From Promethearchaeota archaeon (lineage in GTDB: Archaea; Asgardarchaeota; Heimdallarchaeia; Hodarchaeales; Hodarchaeaceae): 64,000 nucleotides of DNA. Below, one piece after another: positions 28,726-39,663 of the stretch. The stretch covers positions 64,001 through 128,000 of the forward strand of contig JBHLMN010000012.1 in assembly GCA_048938105.1 (NCBI GenBank). Direction: 5' to 3'. Both the position numbers and the translations under genes were made by a program. How positions within the stretch are numbered: position 1 is the stretch's first letter; the number at the start of each line of letters is the position of its first letter. Under the pieces are notes generated by a model. That model did no database searches, was not told where the DNA came from, and was given only the letters and a program-made list of their open reading frames with translations.

Positions 28726-29403
28726 CTATAGATTATCATTCATTGATTTAGGTTTCATAGATTCAAAACCTTTCTTTTCAGCATAATTCCGCAAATCCTC
28801 TAAAAATACTTTAGTTTTCATGTGTACTCCTTCTAAAATCGATTTCTCGACCTCAATCGTTTTCTCATAAGGAATAGGTACTTCTAAAGCAGCAATTTTG
28901 CTTAGAAGTCGTTCATATTGAAAAATAAGATCAGTTATTTTAATAATTTCAGGCCTTTTATATAATAAAGTAATAATAATGATGATTATGCATGATAAGA
29001 AACATAATACATATTTTACTAATGAATAGAATTCAACAGCTTCTGCTGGAATAATTTGATCTAATGGAATAAAAGCAGTCATGAATAAAGCAAGCGCACT
29101 GAGTAGATCTCCCCAAAAAGCGTCCCATTTTCTTACAACAAGAGGATGTCTAACTGAGGCTAATGTATGACCAAATATAAGAGGATCTAAAGGCTTCTCT
29201 ATTCGAAAAATTAGAAGTGGAATGGTTATGAGTGAGGAAAGGAATACGTAGATTGAGAGTAGATGAAAGACGGATTCCGAGGTGGTGAAATCCAGAACGT
29301 ATAATCGAAATGCTATATTTGTGATCAAGACAAATGTCACCCAAAGATACCCCGCTACCACACGTCTTCCTTCTTGTTGTTGAAGATTAAACATTAATGA
29401 CAT
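28726..29403 (-). CDS. Hypothetical 4-TM membrane protein
   Basis: Four hydrophobic segments followed by a soluble tail. Confidence 0.7.
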   Translation of the reverse strand: MSLMFNLQQQEGRRVVAGYLWVTFVLITNIAFRLYVLDFTTSESVFHLLSIYVFLSSLITIPLLIFRIEKPLDPLIFGHTLASVRHPLVVRKWDAFWGDLLSALALFMTAFIPLDQIIPAEAVEFYSLVKYVLCFLSCIIIIIITLLYKRPEIIKITDLIFQYERLLSKIAALEVPIPYEKTIEVEKSILEGVHMKTKVFLEDLRNYAEKKGFESMKPKSMNDNL

Positions 29404-29756
29404 ATTATTCTATCCTCTGTACCATCTTGTTATTTATATCTTGTGAAAGATGTCGAGGGATGACAGATAGTGTTGGACTTTTCTCTTAATATATTCTAAG
29501 TATTCATTTAAATATCTATGACCCCAGAGATGGACATGAGAATCAAAAATTTTGTACGTATGGGTGTCTTCAAGATTGATTAATGGATTTGAAACAGAAA
29601 ATATCTTCTCTACCGTCTGTCTTTCGATTCAATGAAATTACAACTGAAAAATGAAGTTGTTTTTTCAAAAAACTTTAGAACAGGTTTACTGATGTAACTA
29701 ATAAGATTTCATAACTTCGTTGGGAATTTTCAGAATCTATCACCTTGATGTGTTAG

Positions 29757-29950
29757 GATTGCAGACAGACGAATTGATAAAGGATATATTGCAGAGTTAA
29801 CAGAAATTGCCCAGATACCATGAACAAACAATAGATGAGGACCAATCCAAAAGAATATGTAAACAATGTAACAGAACATTAGTGGGAATTGGGAACTCAT
29901 ATTTTTGTCCAAAATGTGGTCTGGAAAAACCGAGACCATTTTTCACGTAA
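29757..29950 (+). pseudogene. Relic of gene with C-terminal zinc ribbon
   Basis: GLQTDELIKDILQS*QKLPRYHEQTIDEDQSKRICKQCNRTLVGIGNSYFCPKCGLEKPRPFFT*; in-frame TAA at 29798. Confidence 0.45.
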
Positions 29951-30024
29951 TTAAACTTATTAACTAGAATGATTACTCCCTCCAGATATTAGAATTCTAG
30001 TAAAAGATGAGATGAGGTATTAAC

Positions 30025-32739
30025 ATGAATAGATATAGACATATTTTTCTTGTATTAATCCTATTTTTTTCATTCCTAACTTTAGAGATAAGGGTCAAAA
30101 ATACGCTAGAAGCCACACCATTAAGTGTAGCATGTGTTTTTGGAGTTGGGGGTCTTGGTGACAAGGGTTTCAATGACATGGCTTATTTAGGACTTCAAAA
30201 AGCTCAAACTGACGGTTTATGTACTTTTTCGTATAAAGAACCAGCTAACATTGGAGAAGCAGAAATATTCCTCCAATCTTTTGCTGCTGATGGTATTTAT
30301 GATCTAATCATTTCTGTTGGTTCTTCTTATCAACAAGCAGTAAATGGTACTGCTCAAGCATATCCAAATCAAGCTATCCTTTCAATTGATACTGTAGTTA
30401 ATCAAGGAAACGTAAGCTCAGTCTTATTTGAAACTAATGAAGGTTCATTTCTTGTAGGAGCATTAGCGGGATCAATGTCTAAAACAGGAAGGATTGGTTT
30501 CATTGGAGGCCAAGATATCCCACTCATTCGTGAATTTTGGGCTGGTTTTGTTGCTGGAGCTTATTATGTAAAGAATGATTCCTATATTGAAGTTTATGAT
30601 GATTATGTCGGAGATTTTGGCGACCCTGCAACAGCTAAAACAATGGCCGAAGATATGTGGAAAGAAGGAATAGATATAATTTTTGCAGCTGCAGGAAAAA
30701 GTGGCATTGGAGTTTTAGAGTCCGCAAATGAAACAAGGGGTGTTTATGCCATCGGAGTTGATTCAAATCAAGATAATTTATACCCAGGGGAGGTTTTAAC
30801 TTCAATGATGAAGCGATTAGATTTAGCAATCTATAGTGCTATTGAAGATATCTTAAATGCTAGATGGCATAATGATCTTAAAAAGCTAGGACTATCCGAA
30901 GATGGAGTCAGCCTCACCCCAATGGCACATACAAAAGATTTAATTGGAACACAAATAATTGATAGAGTTAATGTTACCCTACGGAATAAAATTATTAATA
31001 ATGAAATTAGTGTTCCCACCAACTTTTCAAGTTTATCTCAATGGATTACTGATTTGAATATCATAAATAAATCCTATACACCTTTTTCTGGTGTAATTTC
31101 AGTAGTTAATGATAATGAATTTAGTCCAACATTTAGTGGATCAGGTACACCTTCCAATCCTTATATAATTGAAGGATTGTATATTAATGAAGCTAGTGGA
31201 GTTTTAATCTCCATTAGTGACACAAGGGCTAATTTTAGGATAAGTAATAATCTAATAAATGGATATTTAACCTCTGGCCACGGAATATATCTTTCAAATG
31301 TAACTCATGGGAATTTCTCCCATAATGCGATTATTAACTGTGGAGGGATTGCGACATATGATTCAGAAAATAATACCATTATTGAAAATAGCATAATCAA
31401 CTGCGGATATGGTATTTATTTTGAATCATCTAATTACAGTCTAATATCGGGAAATTGGATGTATGACAACAAATATAATGGCATCAAATTTGTCGGATCT
31501 TCGGTTAATAACACAATAACATGGAATACTGTTTTTAAAAATGGGCTTTATTCCCCTAATGTTGAGGCAGGAATTTATATTAGAGAACATTCTTATAATA
31601 CTACTATCTCACATAACACTGTGCATAGCAATGGACATCATGGGATCTCTTTCATCATATCTGAAGGGAATAGTTATACTAATATAAACTATAACGTCGT
31701 TTATAAGAATAATTGGGGAATTGGTCTTGGTGGATATTATTTGGGTCAGATTTCAACAGGTGAAGTTACAATTATGAATAATGAGGCTTATCAAAATGAT
31801 ATGAGAGGGATTCAGCTTAGTGAATGCGTTGGAGGCATCATCTCTAATAACACAGTATATGGAAATCTCGATGGAGGGATTGGGTTCTACAGTAGCGAAG
31901 CAAATACCATTCAGTTCAATTCAATTCATTCTAATGGAAAACCAACAGTTTGTAATGGAGTATGCGCATCAACAGCTCAATTAAGCTTAAGTTTTGATTG
32001 TAGAAATAATCTAGTTCAATTGAATGAATTCGCAGTTGTAGGAATCCCTGGAGAATTTTATGCAAAATATTTTATTTCCGATGTTGGGACGAATAACACT
32101 TCCAGAGATAATTATTGGAGTGACTGGAGTGGTTCAGGGCCACATTATAACCCCTACGATCCATCTCCATTGTTAAATCCACTTCATCTATCTGCTCCGA
32201 TATTTACCTCTCCAACAACTGATGTGGAGAAATTAGAAGGAATAATTAACATTCAATGGACTTCTTCAATAGATACATATGGTCATCCTCTCACCTATAC
32301 TCTATATTTCTCTAATGATTCTGGATCAACTTGGATTGAATTAGCTTCAGAATTAACCGGAACAAATTACAGCTGGGATTTATCAAATATTTATAATGGG
32401 ACGAGTATTCGTTTTAAAATCCAAGCTTTAGATAATGTAGGTTTCAAAAGCACCACTTTTTCTTTGGTTCAATATATTGTCATCAATCCAGATCTAATAC
32501 ATCTCCCTCCTACCTCAACTTCTCCCACCTCAACTTCTCCCAGCTCAACTTCTCCCAGCTCAACTTCTCCTGGCTCAACTTCTCCCACCTCAACTCTTCC
32601 CACCTCAACTTCTCCCAGCTCAACTCCTACTAAAACTGATACAAGTGATGTTACTGTAACGCCTAGTTGGACTTTTCACATGTTACTACCTTTCCTTTTC
32701 ATTATATTCTTGTTAAAACATAAAAGGAAAACGGATTAG
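30025..32739 (+). CDS. Surface protein: BMP/PnrA-family substrate-binding domain + NosD-like beta-helix + Ig-like domain + S/T linker + C-terminal TM
   Basis: Signal peptide; GGLGDKGFN, EGSFLVG, AAAGKSG.G, IGVD..Q, TSMMKR (BMP); repeated N-x-I-x-N-N/GI turns; TPSW + hydrophobic + basic tail. Confidence 0.85.
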   Translation: MNRYRHIFLVLILFFSFLTLEIRVKNTLEATPLSVACVFGVGGLGDKGFNDMAYLGLQKAQTDGLCTFSYKEPANIGEAEIFLQSFAADGIYDLIISVGSSYQQAVNGTAQAYPNQAILSIDTVVNQGNVSSVLFETNEGSFLVGALAGSMSKTGRIGFIGGQDIPLIREFWAGFVAGAYYVKNDSYIEVYDDYVGDFGDPATAKTMAEDMWKEGIDIIFAAAGKSGIGVLESANETRGVYAIGVDSNQDNLYPGEVLTSMMKRLDLAIYSAIEDILNARWHNDLKKLGLSEDGVSLTPMAHTKDLIGTQIIDRVNVTLRNKIINNEISVPTNFSSLSQWITDLNIINKSYTPFSGVISVVNDNEFSPTFSGSGTPSNPYIIEGLYINEASGVLISISDTRANFRISNNLINGYLTSGHGIYLSNVTHGNFSHNAIINCGGIATYDSENNTIIENSIINCGYGIYFESSNYSLISGNWMYDNKYNGIKFVGSSVNNTITWNTVFKNGLYSPNVEAGIYIREHSYNTTISHNTVHSNGHHGISFIISEGNSYTNINYNVVYKNNWGIGLGGYYLGQISTGEVTIMNNEAYQNDMRGIQLSECVGGIISNNTVYGNLDGGIGFYSSEANTIQFNSIHSNGKPTVCNGVCASTAQLSLSFDCRNNLVQLNEFAVVGIPGEFYAKYFISDVGTNNTSRDNYWSDWSGSGPHYNPYDPSPLLNPLHLSAPIFTSPTTDVEKLEGIINIQWTSSIDTYGHPLTYTLYFSNDSGSTWIELASELTGTNYSWDLSNIYNGTSIRFKIQALDNVGFKSTTFSLVQYIVINPDLIHLPPTSTSPTSTSPSSTSPSSTSPGSTSPTSTLPTSTSPSSTPTKTDTSDVTVTPSWTFHMLLPFLFIIFLLKHKRKTD
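32509..32628 (+). repeat. 15-bp coding tandem repeat x8 (P-T/S/G-S-T-S linker)
   Basis: Units of consensus CCC A(C/G)C TCA ACT TCT read directly from the sequence. Confidence 0.95.
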
Positions 32740-33101
32740 GTGAAAATTACAGGATTTGTTAAGTGCTAGAATTGAATGAACTTAGACAAAACAGTCAGAT
32801 CCAACACACTGACATCTAATTGTACAAATAAATTGATCTTTCAGGTTATGGATTCATCGTTGCAGGTGTTGTTGACTATACTAGTCGTTCCTGGGGCAAC
32901 CATATCGTCAAAGATACCATGATTAATAGAGCTCTTAATCCAATTTCGAATCTAACTGTTCCACGAATTGATGGGCTGGTCGAAGACACTTTCATAGATT
33001 CTTAAAGTCCTTTTTAGTGTGTTTCGTTTTCTATCCCTTTGTAAACATTAAAAAGTGATGGTAAAGTTAGAGATTAATATTTCAAACTAAGGGGATCAGA
33101 A

Positions 33102-33515
33102 ATGAATAACGATACAACATTAGAATGGGATCTCAGTTTTTGTGGTCTCAATTGTGCAGCATGTGAAATTTATCTTGCGTCACATGGCGATGATGAATTA
33201 CATGATGGACTCCTTAAATTCTTTCAAGAAAATTTTGATTCGAAAATTACCTCAGTATCTTGTGAAAAGTGTAGAGGGATGATAGATAAGTGTTGGACTT
33301 CTGAGTGTCACTTCCGAACCTGTGCTACTGACCAAGGATTGACCTACTGCTTTGAATGTAAAGATTTTGTTTGTGAAAAGTTAGAGGAATTTGGGAAACA
33401 ACCACCTGCAAGTCCAGATCATGGAAATACAGTAGAGAATCTGAAAAAGATGAAAGAAATGGGAGTAGAGGAATGGATTACTTCACAAAAAGAAGTGAAA
33501 TTCTGCCCTAAATAA
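33102..33515 (+). CDS. DUF3795-family Cys-rich protein
   Basis: CGLNCAAC, CEKC, C..C.FRTC, YCFECKDFVC. Confidence 0.8.
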   Translation: MNNDTTLEWDLSFCGLNCAACEIYLASHGDDELHDGLLKFFQENFDSKITSVSCEKCRGMIDKCWTSECHFRTCATDQGLTYCFECKDFVCEKLEEFGKQPPASPDHGNTVENLKKMKEMGVEEWITSQKEVKFCPK

Positions 33516-33635
33516 CCATTATATGAAATAGGCTTCTCTTAATCTAACCAAAGTGTGAGATAAATAGATTATATCTTAAAAGAAATAATACTCCTGTGAT
33601 TTCTTCGCAAGATATGGACAGAAAGATTCGTGCGA

Positions 33636-34043
33636 TTATTTCTGATAGTTTATTGGATCTATGAGTTCTAAATTCGATACCTTTGTAAACTGTTGGTCTG
33701 TGCTGATTATTTTCCCATCGTTCTCGAGTGCTGTAGCAGCATGATGAGAATCAAAAAAGCTCAGGTTGTATTCTTCCCTCAATGTTATTGAAAGAAGAAT
33801 TGTTTTTGGAGTCAATGCTAGCGAAGTGATGTTCGGAATCGCGACTAGGTTTGCAACATGACTCGCAAGATCGTCTTCGCGGTCATTTGACTTATATATC
33901 AGCTCCATTTCAATTAAAACGGATGTTGGTAATCCCACTTCATATCCAGACTTTATATGGGTGAAGAGCTTGCTAGCAAGCTTATGATGAGGGTCGTTTG
34001 TATTTAGAAAAGCGAAAATCATATCTGTTTCAATTATAGGCAT
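33636..34043 (-). CDS. vapC: VapC-type PIN-domain toxin
   Basis: IIETD, E.ELI, LSFFDSHHAATAL, IISTD. Confidence 0.85.
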   Translation of the reverse strand: MPIIETDMIFAFLNTNDPHHKLASKLFTHIKSGYEVGLPTSVLIEMELIYKSNDREDDLASHVANLVAIPNITSLALTPKTILLSITLREEYNLSFFDSHHAATALENDGKIISTDQQFTKVSNLELIDPINYQK

Positions 34044-34045
34044 TT

Positions 34046-34297
34046 TTACTTGTCCCTTTGGTTACTTTGTTTTATTTCCTTCATTGCTAAGTCGAGAGCT
34101 TCTTTTTTGAGTTCTTCTGTGGTCTTTTTCGTTGTGAATGCTCCTTTTAAGACTTTTAGAGGATCATTTGAAACTGGGATCAAGTAAATGCTGTTTTTAG
34201 TATGAACAGCCACTACTCGTTTCATAGATAACTTTTCACGCCATTCTTTAGGAATTGTTATTCTTCCCCTGTCATCCAAATCTAATACTATTGCCAT
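34046..34297 (-). CDS. vapB: AbrB/MazE-type antitoxin
   Basis: LDDRGRITIPKEWREKL; directly upstream of the PIN gene. Confidence 0.85.
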   Translation of the reverse strand: MAIVLDLDDRGRITIPKEWREKLSMKRVVAVHTKNSIYLIPVSNDPLKVLKGAFTTKKTTEELKKEALDLAMKEIKQSNQRDK

Positions 34298-34313
34298 TTC
34301 AAGTCGATTATAT

Positions 34314-34339
34314 ATGGGTGTACTTCCTTATAAACCCAT
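34314..34339 (-). promoter_or_regulatory. vapBC promoter: TATA box within an inverted repeat (candidate autoregulatory operator)
   Basis: Minus strand ATGGGT-TTATAAGGAAGTAC-ACCCAT; TTTATAAG lies ~30 nt upstream of the vapB ATG. Confidence 0.55.
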
Positions 34340-34499
34340 CTATGCCTCATTTCTCCCACTTGAAAAAAGTTGAAGTATGAGAAATTACAGGACTATTGGA
34401 TCTGACCCCTTTTAAATCTAACAAGCCATATTTATTTCATATTAATGTCCTTTACATATTTATCAATTTGGAATGAGAATTTTGAAGATTGGATTTATT

Positions 34500-34664
34500 G
34501 TCTTGAATTCGTAAATTAATTAATTCTGCTCTTCGAAGTCCAAAACAAAACCCTAGCTACATTGCAAATCTTGTTACTCGCTTTTCTGCTTTTAACCAAA
34601 ATTTTTGCCATTCTTCGGGTGTTACGGCAGTTCGGTCACATTTCTTTGAAAAATCACCTTTAAG
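34500..34664 (-). pseudogene. Tyrosine recombinase/integrase fragment
   Basis: Manual translation ...AVTPEEWQKFWLKAEKRVTRFAM*LGFCFGLRRAELINLRIQD, i.e. box I G-L-R-x-x-E-L-x-x-L-x-x-x-D; in-frame TAG at 34557-34559. Confidence 0.65.
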
Positions 34665-34735
34665 GTGATATGTATTTCTATATAACAAGTATGACGACAT
34701 TATGCATTGTGCGATTAACAAGAGTTGTACTTTGT

Positions 34736-35686
34736 TTATAAATTGATTATGAGTTTTCCTTTGACATGACCTTCTTCAAGATAGCGGATGGCTTCTGGAA
34801 CCTGCTCCAAAGTATAGCGTCGATCGATGACTGGTATTATTTTTCCAGCTTCAAGAAGATCCTTCAAAAAAATCAAATCACCTTTTGTGGGATTCGCCAC
34901 ATATGAGATCATCTTCTTGTCACCTCTTCTCAATTTCCCCTTTAAAACTAGGCCTGGAGAAAATGCTGTTGTTATGTATCTTCCATTGGACTTCAAAATT
35001 GGTTTGCAATCCGAAAATGACCTCTTGGCCACAGCATCAAAAATAAGGTCATACATCTCCTCTTTAAGGAGCGTAAAATCTTCTTGCGTATAATCTATCA
35101 CTTCATCTGCACCAATTGAGCGAACCATATCCAGATTAGTAGTACTGCAGACACCAGTTACAGTAGCTCCTAGAGACTTAGCAATTTGGACAGCAAATGT
35201 TCCAACACCACCAGATGCACCATTTATCAAAACATTCTGACCAGATTGAAGTTTGCCATGTTTTTGAAGACCTTGTAACGCGGTAACTCCCACTGCTGGT
35301 ACAGTTGCTACATCTTCAAAAGATACGTTGGGAGGTTTAATTAACAATAGTTCTTGAGTTGTGCATAGGTACTCTGCAAAACCACCTGCACCCTTGTTTG
35401 TCCCGAATACCTCATCACCCGGGTGAAACTCTGCAACTTTTTTACCAACTTTCTCCACCTGTCCAGAAAAATCATACCCTAGAATTTTGGTTCTTGGTTT
35501 TCTTAGACCACCCAAGACAATCCGTGCCATGAATGGTGTACCTCTTAGACCATGGGAGTCAGTTCGATTAACTGAAGCTGCATGCACTTTCAGTAATATC
35601 TCATCATCTTTGGGGACTGGTTTTTCAATTTCCTGCAATTCAAGAACATCAGGGGAACCGTATTCATGTCTGATAATGGCTCTCAT
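34736..35686 (-). CDS. MDR-family NAD(P)-dependent oxidoreductase (quinone oxidoreductase/alcohol dehydrogenase-like)
   Basis: KVHAASVN, GYDFSG, NGASGGVGTFAVQIAK, GADEVIDY. Confidence 0.9.
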   Translation of the reverse strand: MRAIIRHEYGSPDVLELQEIEKPVPKDDEILLKVHAASVNRTDSHGLRGTPFMARIVLGGLRKPRTKILGYDFSGQVEKVGKKVAEFHPGDEVFGTNKGAGGFAEYLCTTQELLLIKPPNVSFEDVATVPAVGVTALQGLQKHGKLQSGQNVLINGASGGVGTFAVQIAKSLGATVTGVCSTTNLDMVRSIGADEVIDYTQEDFTLLKEEMYDLIFDAVAKRSFSDCKPILKSNGRYITTAFSPGLVLKGKLRRGDKKMISYVANPTKGDLIFLKDLLEAGKIIPVIDRRYTLEQVPEAIRYLEEGHVKGKLIINL

Positions 35687-35942
35687 TGTTTTTTCTCATC
35701 CTTTCCTTTATTACTGCGGAATAGTCTTTCTAAAATGCTGATATGTTCCCATTTTAAGAATTTCTTTGAAAAATAATTAACAATATCTCGATTCTAAATT
35801 ATTATTAATGAAATCTTTGATGTTGGACTATAATTCTTAAAAGCTAGCTTTCACAATTATAATCTGCCTTTGAGGATAAAGTACTAGGGAAGGAATTAAA
35901 CTTATAATCTGAAAAAGGGATTGTTTCATCCCATTCCTGGAG

Positions 35943-36479
35943 TTGGTTGAAATCTGTTATCAAATAATTCTAAGTGCTTCTAAAAATGTCAGCAGGGATC
36001 AAATTAGCGATATTCTTGAAAGGAACGAGATAGATTTTATCTCTATACCTTGTCCTAATGCCATCATACGAGAGAAGAAGAATGATAACTGTTATAGCCC
36101 ATTCAACCGTCATTGTGACTGTGATACCACTCTAGGAGCCTTTCTCCGAAAAAAAGACCGTATCACAAAAACTAAACGCAGAAAAATGAAAAAAGTTTAT
36201 TCGTCTCCTCAAGAAAGTGAAAAAGAAGTTCAGAGGCAACTCGAAGCCTGGAAAGAGCTTTTGAAAAATGATATTGAAACCCAACGCTGGATTTCTTTTC
36301 TTCAGGATATTTTTTCGAAAGTATGGCGTATTAATATCATCCTTCATTGGCAATCGCATGACCCTTTCATTATCAAAAGAGTTGAAACAAAATACCATAC
36401 TGAAATCACTCCTGATCTGCTTTTAAACATCGAAGAAGATGTGCTGTATGAATTTGTGAAAAGAATAAGCTACTTGTAA
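35943..36479 (+). CDS. Hypothetical protein
   Basis: 178-aa ORF with HCDC motif. Confidence 0.6.
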   Translation: MVEICYQIILSASKNVSRDQISDILERNEIDFISIPCPNAIIREKKNDNCYSPFNRHCDCDTTLGAFLRKKDRITKTKRRKMKKVYSSPQESEKEVQRQLEAWKELLKNDIETQRWISFLQDIFSKVWRINIILHWQSHDPFIIKRVETKYHTEITPDLLLNIEEDVLYEFVKRISYL

Positions 36480-36585
36480 CCCCGTTCATGCTTAAGGATT
36501 CAAGATGTCCATGAAGAAATCTGACACGAAATGTCCCCATATCTGAACAAAGTTTCCTATAAATACCCTCTTCCCTTTTTTTTCT

Positions 36586-37701
36586 TTGACGAAATTACAC
36601 CTATTGGTGATACGAAATTTGCAATTACAAAAAATACAATCACGAGATCTGAATTTCCCCATAACTAACTACCTGCAATTAAGACGATCATCAGATCGCA
36701 AAATCTTCATCAGATGTGATTTTCCTGAACGAAAAATACTCCGTATCGATGAGAATACCGAAACTGTCGTTTTAAAAGCCCCCGTAGAATCTTTCGTGCC
36801 ACTTAACAATGAAAAATTTCTCATTCTTGAAAATAAGGGAACTTCAGTCACATATTGGTCAGAAAGCTCTAAGAAATTAGAAATTCTTCGATTTAAGGAG
36901 AAAAAGAGTTTTGACTTTGGCCTTCTCTTGTTAGCTCTTTTGTTGACATTCTTCAGTACTATTGCGATCTTAGATATGCATATCACGATGTATTTCCCAA
37001 TTCCTTCTCCATATCGTGAGCTTGTAACATTGTTAGCAATATCAGCAAGCATTCTTGCATTGATCAAATCTTACCGTACAATAGAATATGGTATCATTGC
37101 AGGAGATAAGCTAAAAGGTAATTTCTATTTACCTAAAGATTCAAATGTGCTGATTTTGCCATTAGACAAAATCGTTGCTAAAGAGAAAGAACTTGATTCC
37201 CATGTCATATTTCTAAAGGCTTTTGAGGATAACTCTGAAGTTAAAGTTTTAACTCGAACAGTAAAATCACTGTACTTATTAGACGCTGATCTTGAGATTC
37301 TATGGCACCTTCCAGTTAAAAGTGATCGCTGGGCACCTGAGGTAAGATTTATCAAACAAGATGACCCACAAATAATCTCTGATCTGATTCTTACAGATGG
37401 AAAAAACCTTTTCATTCTTGATCTGAATGGAAATGTAAAACAACAAATACAAATCCAGACTAGTCCAATTAAAAAAGTGATTACAATTGATACTGGTGAT
37501 ATAGATGGTGATGGCATAGAAGAGATCATTGTATCTGATTCATCAAAGATTCAGGTAATTAAGAACAAGAAAACCATTGCTACATATGATTTTCCAAGAT
37601 ATGTAACTGTACAGATGGCTGTTGCAGATTTGGATAATGATCAGATTGATGAAATTGTTGTATGCTATAATTATTGTCTTGAAATTCTTAAATCAGTGTA
37701 A
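36586..37701 (+). CDS. Membrane protein with beta-propeller/FG-GAP-like repeats
   Basis: Two central TM helices; GDIDGDGIEEIIV and ADLDNDQIDEIVV Ca-binding FG-GAP-like motifs. Confidence 0.65.
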   Translation: MTKLHLLVIRNLQLQKIQSRDLNFPITNYLQLRRSSDRKIFIRCDFPERKILRIDENTETVVLKAPVESFVPLNNEKFLILENKGTSVTYWSESSKKLEILRFKEKKSFDFGLLLLALLLTFFSTIAILDMHITMYFPIPSPYRELVTLLAISASILALIKSYRTIEYGIIAGDKLKGNFYLPKDSNVLILPLDKIVAKEKELDSHVIFLKAFEDNSEVKVLTRTVKSLYLLDADLEILWHLPVKSDRWAPEVRFIKQDDPQIISDLILTDGKNLFILDLNGNVKQQIQIQTSPIKKVITIDTGDIDGDGIEEIIVSDSSKIQVIKNKKTIATYDFPRYVTVQMAVADLDNDQIDEIVVCYNYCLEILKSV

Positions 37702-37997
37702 AAAGCCAATCAACACCTAGCCTTACAACTCCCTCAATCTCAGTAGAGATTGGGACTGTAACAATCCACGAAATAATAATTATCTTAATCATCTGTTTCC
37801 GAATAGACGTAGTTGTGGAGGTTTCCATAGTTAGCAACTTTTTTCTGTTATTTAGGGAGAAAGATTCAATGACATTATCCTAGATATGTGTCTTCGCATT
37901 TTTAATTATAAAAGAGTTATCAGTGATCTTTACATAAACAATCCTCTGTCTATCCTTTGTTTCCCCCTTTGAACCAGAGCCCTTCTTTTATCCTCTA

Positions 37998-38414
37998 ATG
38001 CTTGTGTTGACGCTCGCGTGGTGTGCTGCGGTGGGATGGTGAGTGTTTAAACCTCCTCCCACACTTTTTTTTGACTCTGATATTACCATTAAGCGAAGAA
38101 ATGAATTAATGACGATAGAATGGGGTAATCTTCGTTTGCTGAGTATTTATATGGTAAATCCCCACAAGGCTCCTGGATTATACAGTATGTTAGCTTCAGG
38201 AAAAATCACGATCAATATTCGCCTTCTTCAGAAAGATAGGGAATCGAAAAAATTCCAAATTAGTAATATTGAAGCTAAAAAGGTTGGTGATGTTATCAAA
38301 CTTATTTCTGAGCGGATGCAATTAGAACCGCAAGTTTTAGAAGGAAAGGAAGCTCTTCAAGCTCACTCTCTTGAATATTTTGGGAAAAAAGGACTGGGAT
38401 GGCATCTAAGATAG
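37998..38414 (+). pseudogene. Membrane-anchored hypothetical protein interrupted by a stop (residual ORF 38043-38414)
   Basis: MLVLTLAWCAAVGW*VFKPPP...: hydrophobic segment in frame, TGA at 38040-38042. Confidence 0.4.
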
Positions 38415-38599
38415 GAGCTATGAGCGCAAAGGTTGTTAAAGTTAGATGGAAATTTGAGAAGTCGTCAATGGATGAATCTTAGGATTTGAAAAGACATATC
38501 TTTGCACTGGTCGGAGACGAATATTAAGGTAAATTGGGAATCCCCACGATCGATGGTGCCCAGTTAATTGCTTTCTTCAAGGCTACTTGGTGTCTATTA

Positions 38600-39199
38600 A
38601 TGCAATTAGTGATTATTCGACATGGTGAAAGTGTTGCTAATGCCCAACGTATTCTTCAAGGACATTCCGAATACTCTCTTAGCGAGCTTGGACGTCAGCA
38701 AGCACACACTTTGAGTAATCGCTTGATCAAAAGGGCTTTTTCCTTCGATGTTGTCTATTCCTCCGATCTTGCGCGTGCAGTAGAAACAACTGAAATTCTT
38801 GCTAACCAACTCAAAATTCCCTCCAATAAGATAAATTATACAAAACTTCTTCGAGAACACGCTTTGGGTACATTTGAGGGTGTTAAATATGATGATTTGT
38901 CTCCTGAAAGAAAAAAAGTCTTTCAGGAAGTATTGGAGTTCCCTTCAAAAAAATTTCCTGGAGGGGAAAGTATTCATGACTATGTTTCTCGTTTAAAAGC
39001 TTTTTTACGTATTCTCGATAATCTGGATCCTCCCCCGAAATCTGTTCTTATAGTTGCTCATGGTGGTACGCTGTATCAACTTCTGATTCGAATCTGGAAG
39101 TTAATACCCGATATTGATGGATGGTTTACAAACTGCTCTATGACCATTGTAGAACAGAGAAATGACGCAAAATGGGTATTAATTTCCTTGAATGAATAG
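38600..39199 (+). CDS. Histidine phosphatase (phosphoglycerate mutase family)
   Basis: IRHGES, YSSDL.RA.ET, LRE...G, PGGES, VAHGG; the ATG at 38600 fits the domain start better than 38534. Confidence 0.9.
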   Translation: MQLVIIRHGESVANAQRILQGHSEYSLSELGRQQAHTLSNRLIKRAFSFDVVYSSDLARAVETTEILANQLKIPSNKINYTKLLREHALGTFEGVKYDDLSPERKKVFQEVLEFPSKKFPGGESIHDYVSRLKAFLRILDNLDPPPKSVLIVAHGGTLYQLLIRIWKLIPDIDGWFTNCSMTIVEQRNDAKWVLISLNE

Positions 39200-39663
39200 A
39201 ATAATCAGTGGATTCTTTTTTCGCATTTTTGGGATATGCTAGCTGTTATATTCTTTACTAGAAAGCATTAGATTTAATTATTTTACTAATAGATATTGAA
39301 GACACAGCGAATCTCATTACCTATATGAAGAATAAAGATGTAGATATTGAGAGCATTTATAGAAAAGGGAAAAAAATGGGAATTTACTGGAATTGTTATT
39401 TCTGGATTTCTTACCCTTTCTGTACTATACGTATGAAATATCATGTTTAGACCAAGAAATTCCTTTTCTAACCTGATAGAACCAACTGAACAGCATCCTA
39501 TCCCACAACTTACATTCTTAGCCAGTTTGTTCTCTTATTCTCCTTCACTCAGTATAAAAAACTTCTTTCAATATTTCTAGAAAATAGTGTAAAAGCAGAG
39601 TAAAATCATCGTCAATGATAAATTACACCTACTTAAAAATATAGAACTTTCAGAGGTAAAAGC

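Noticed and set aside
32509-32628. Possible CRISPR-like repeat array
   Set aside because: Contiguous 15-bp in-frame units with no spacers; encodes a P/S/T linker.
34557-38042. Stop-codon recoding (TGA/TAG read as Trp) suggested by in-frame stops at plausible Trp positions
   Set aside because: TGA, TAG and TAA all terminate intact genes here and long ORFs are uninterrupted; TGG->stop decay in pseudogenes is simpler.
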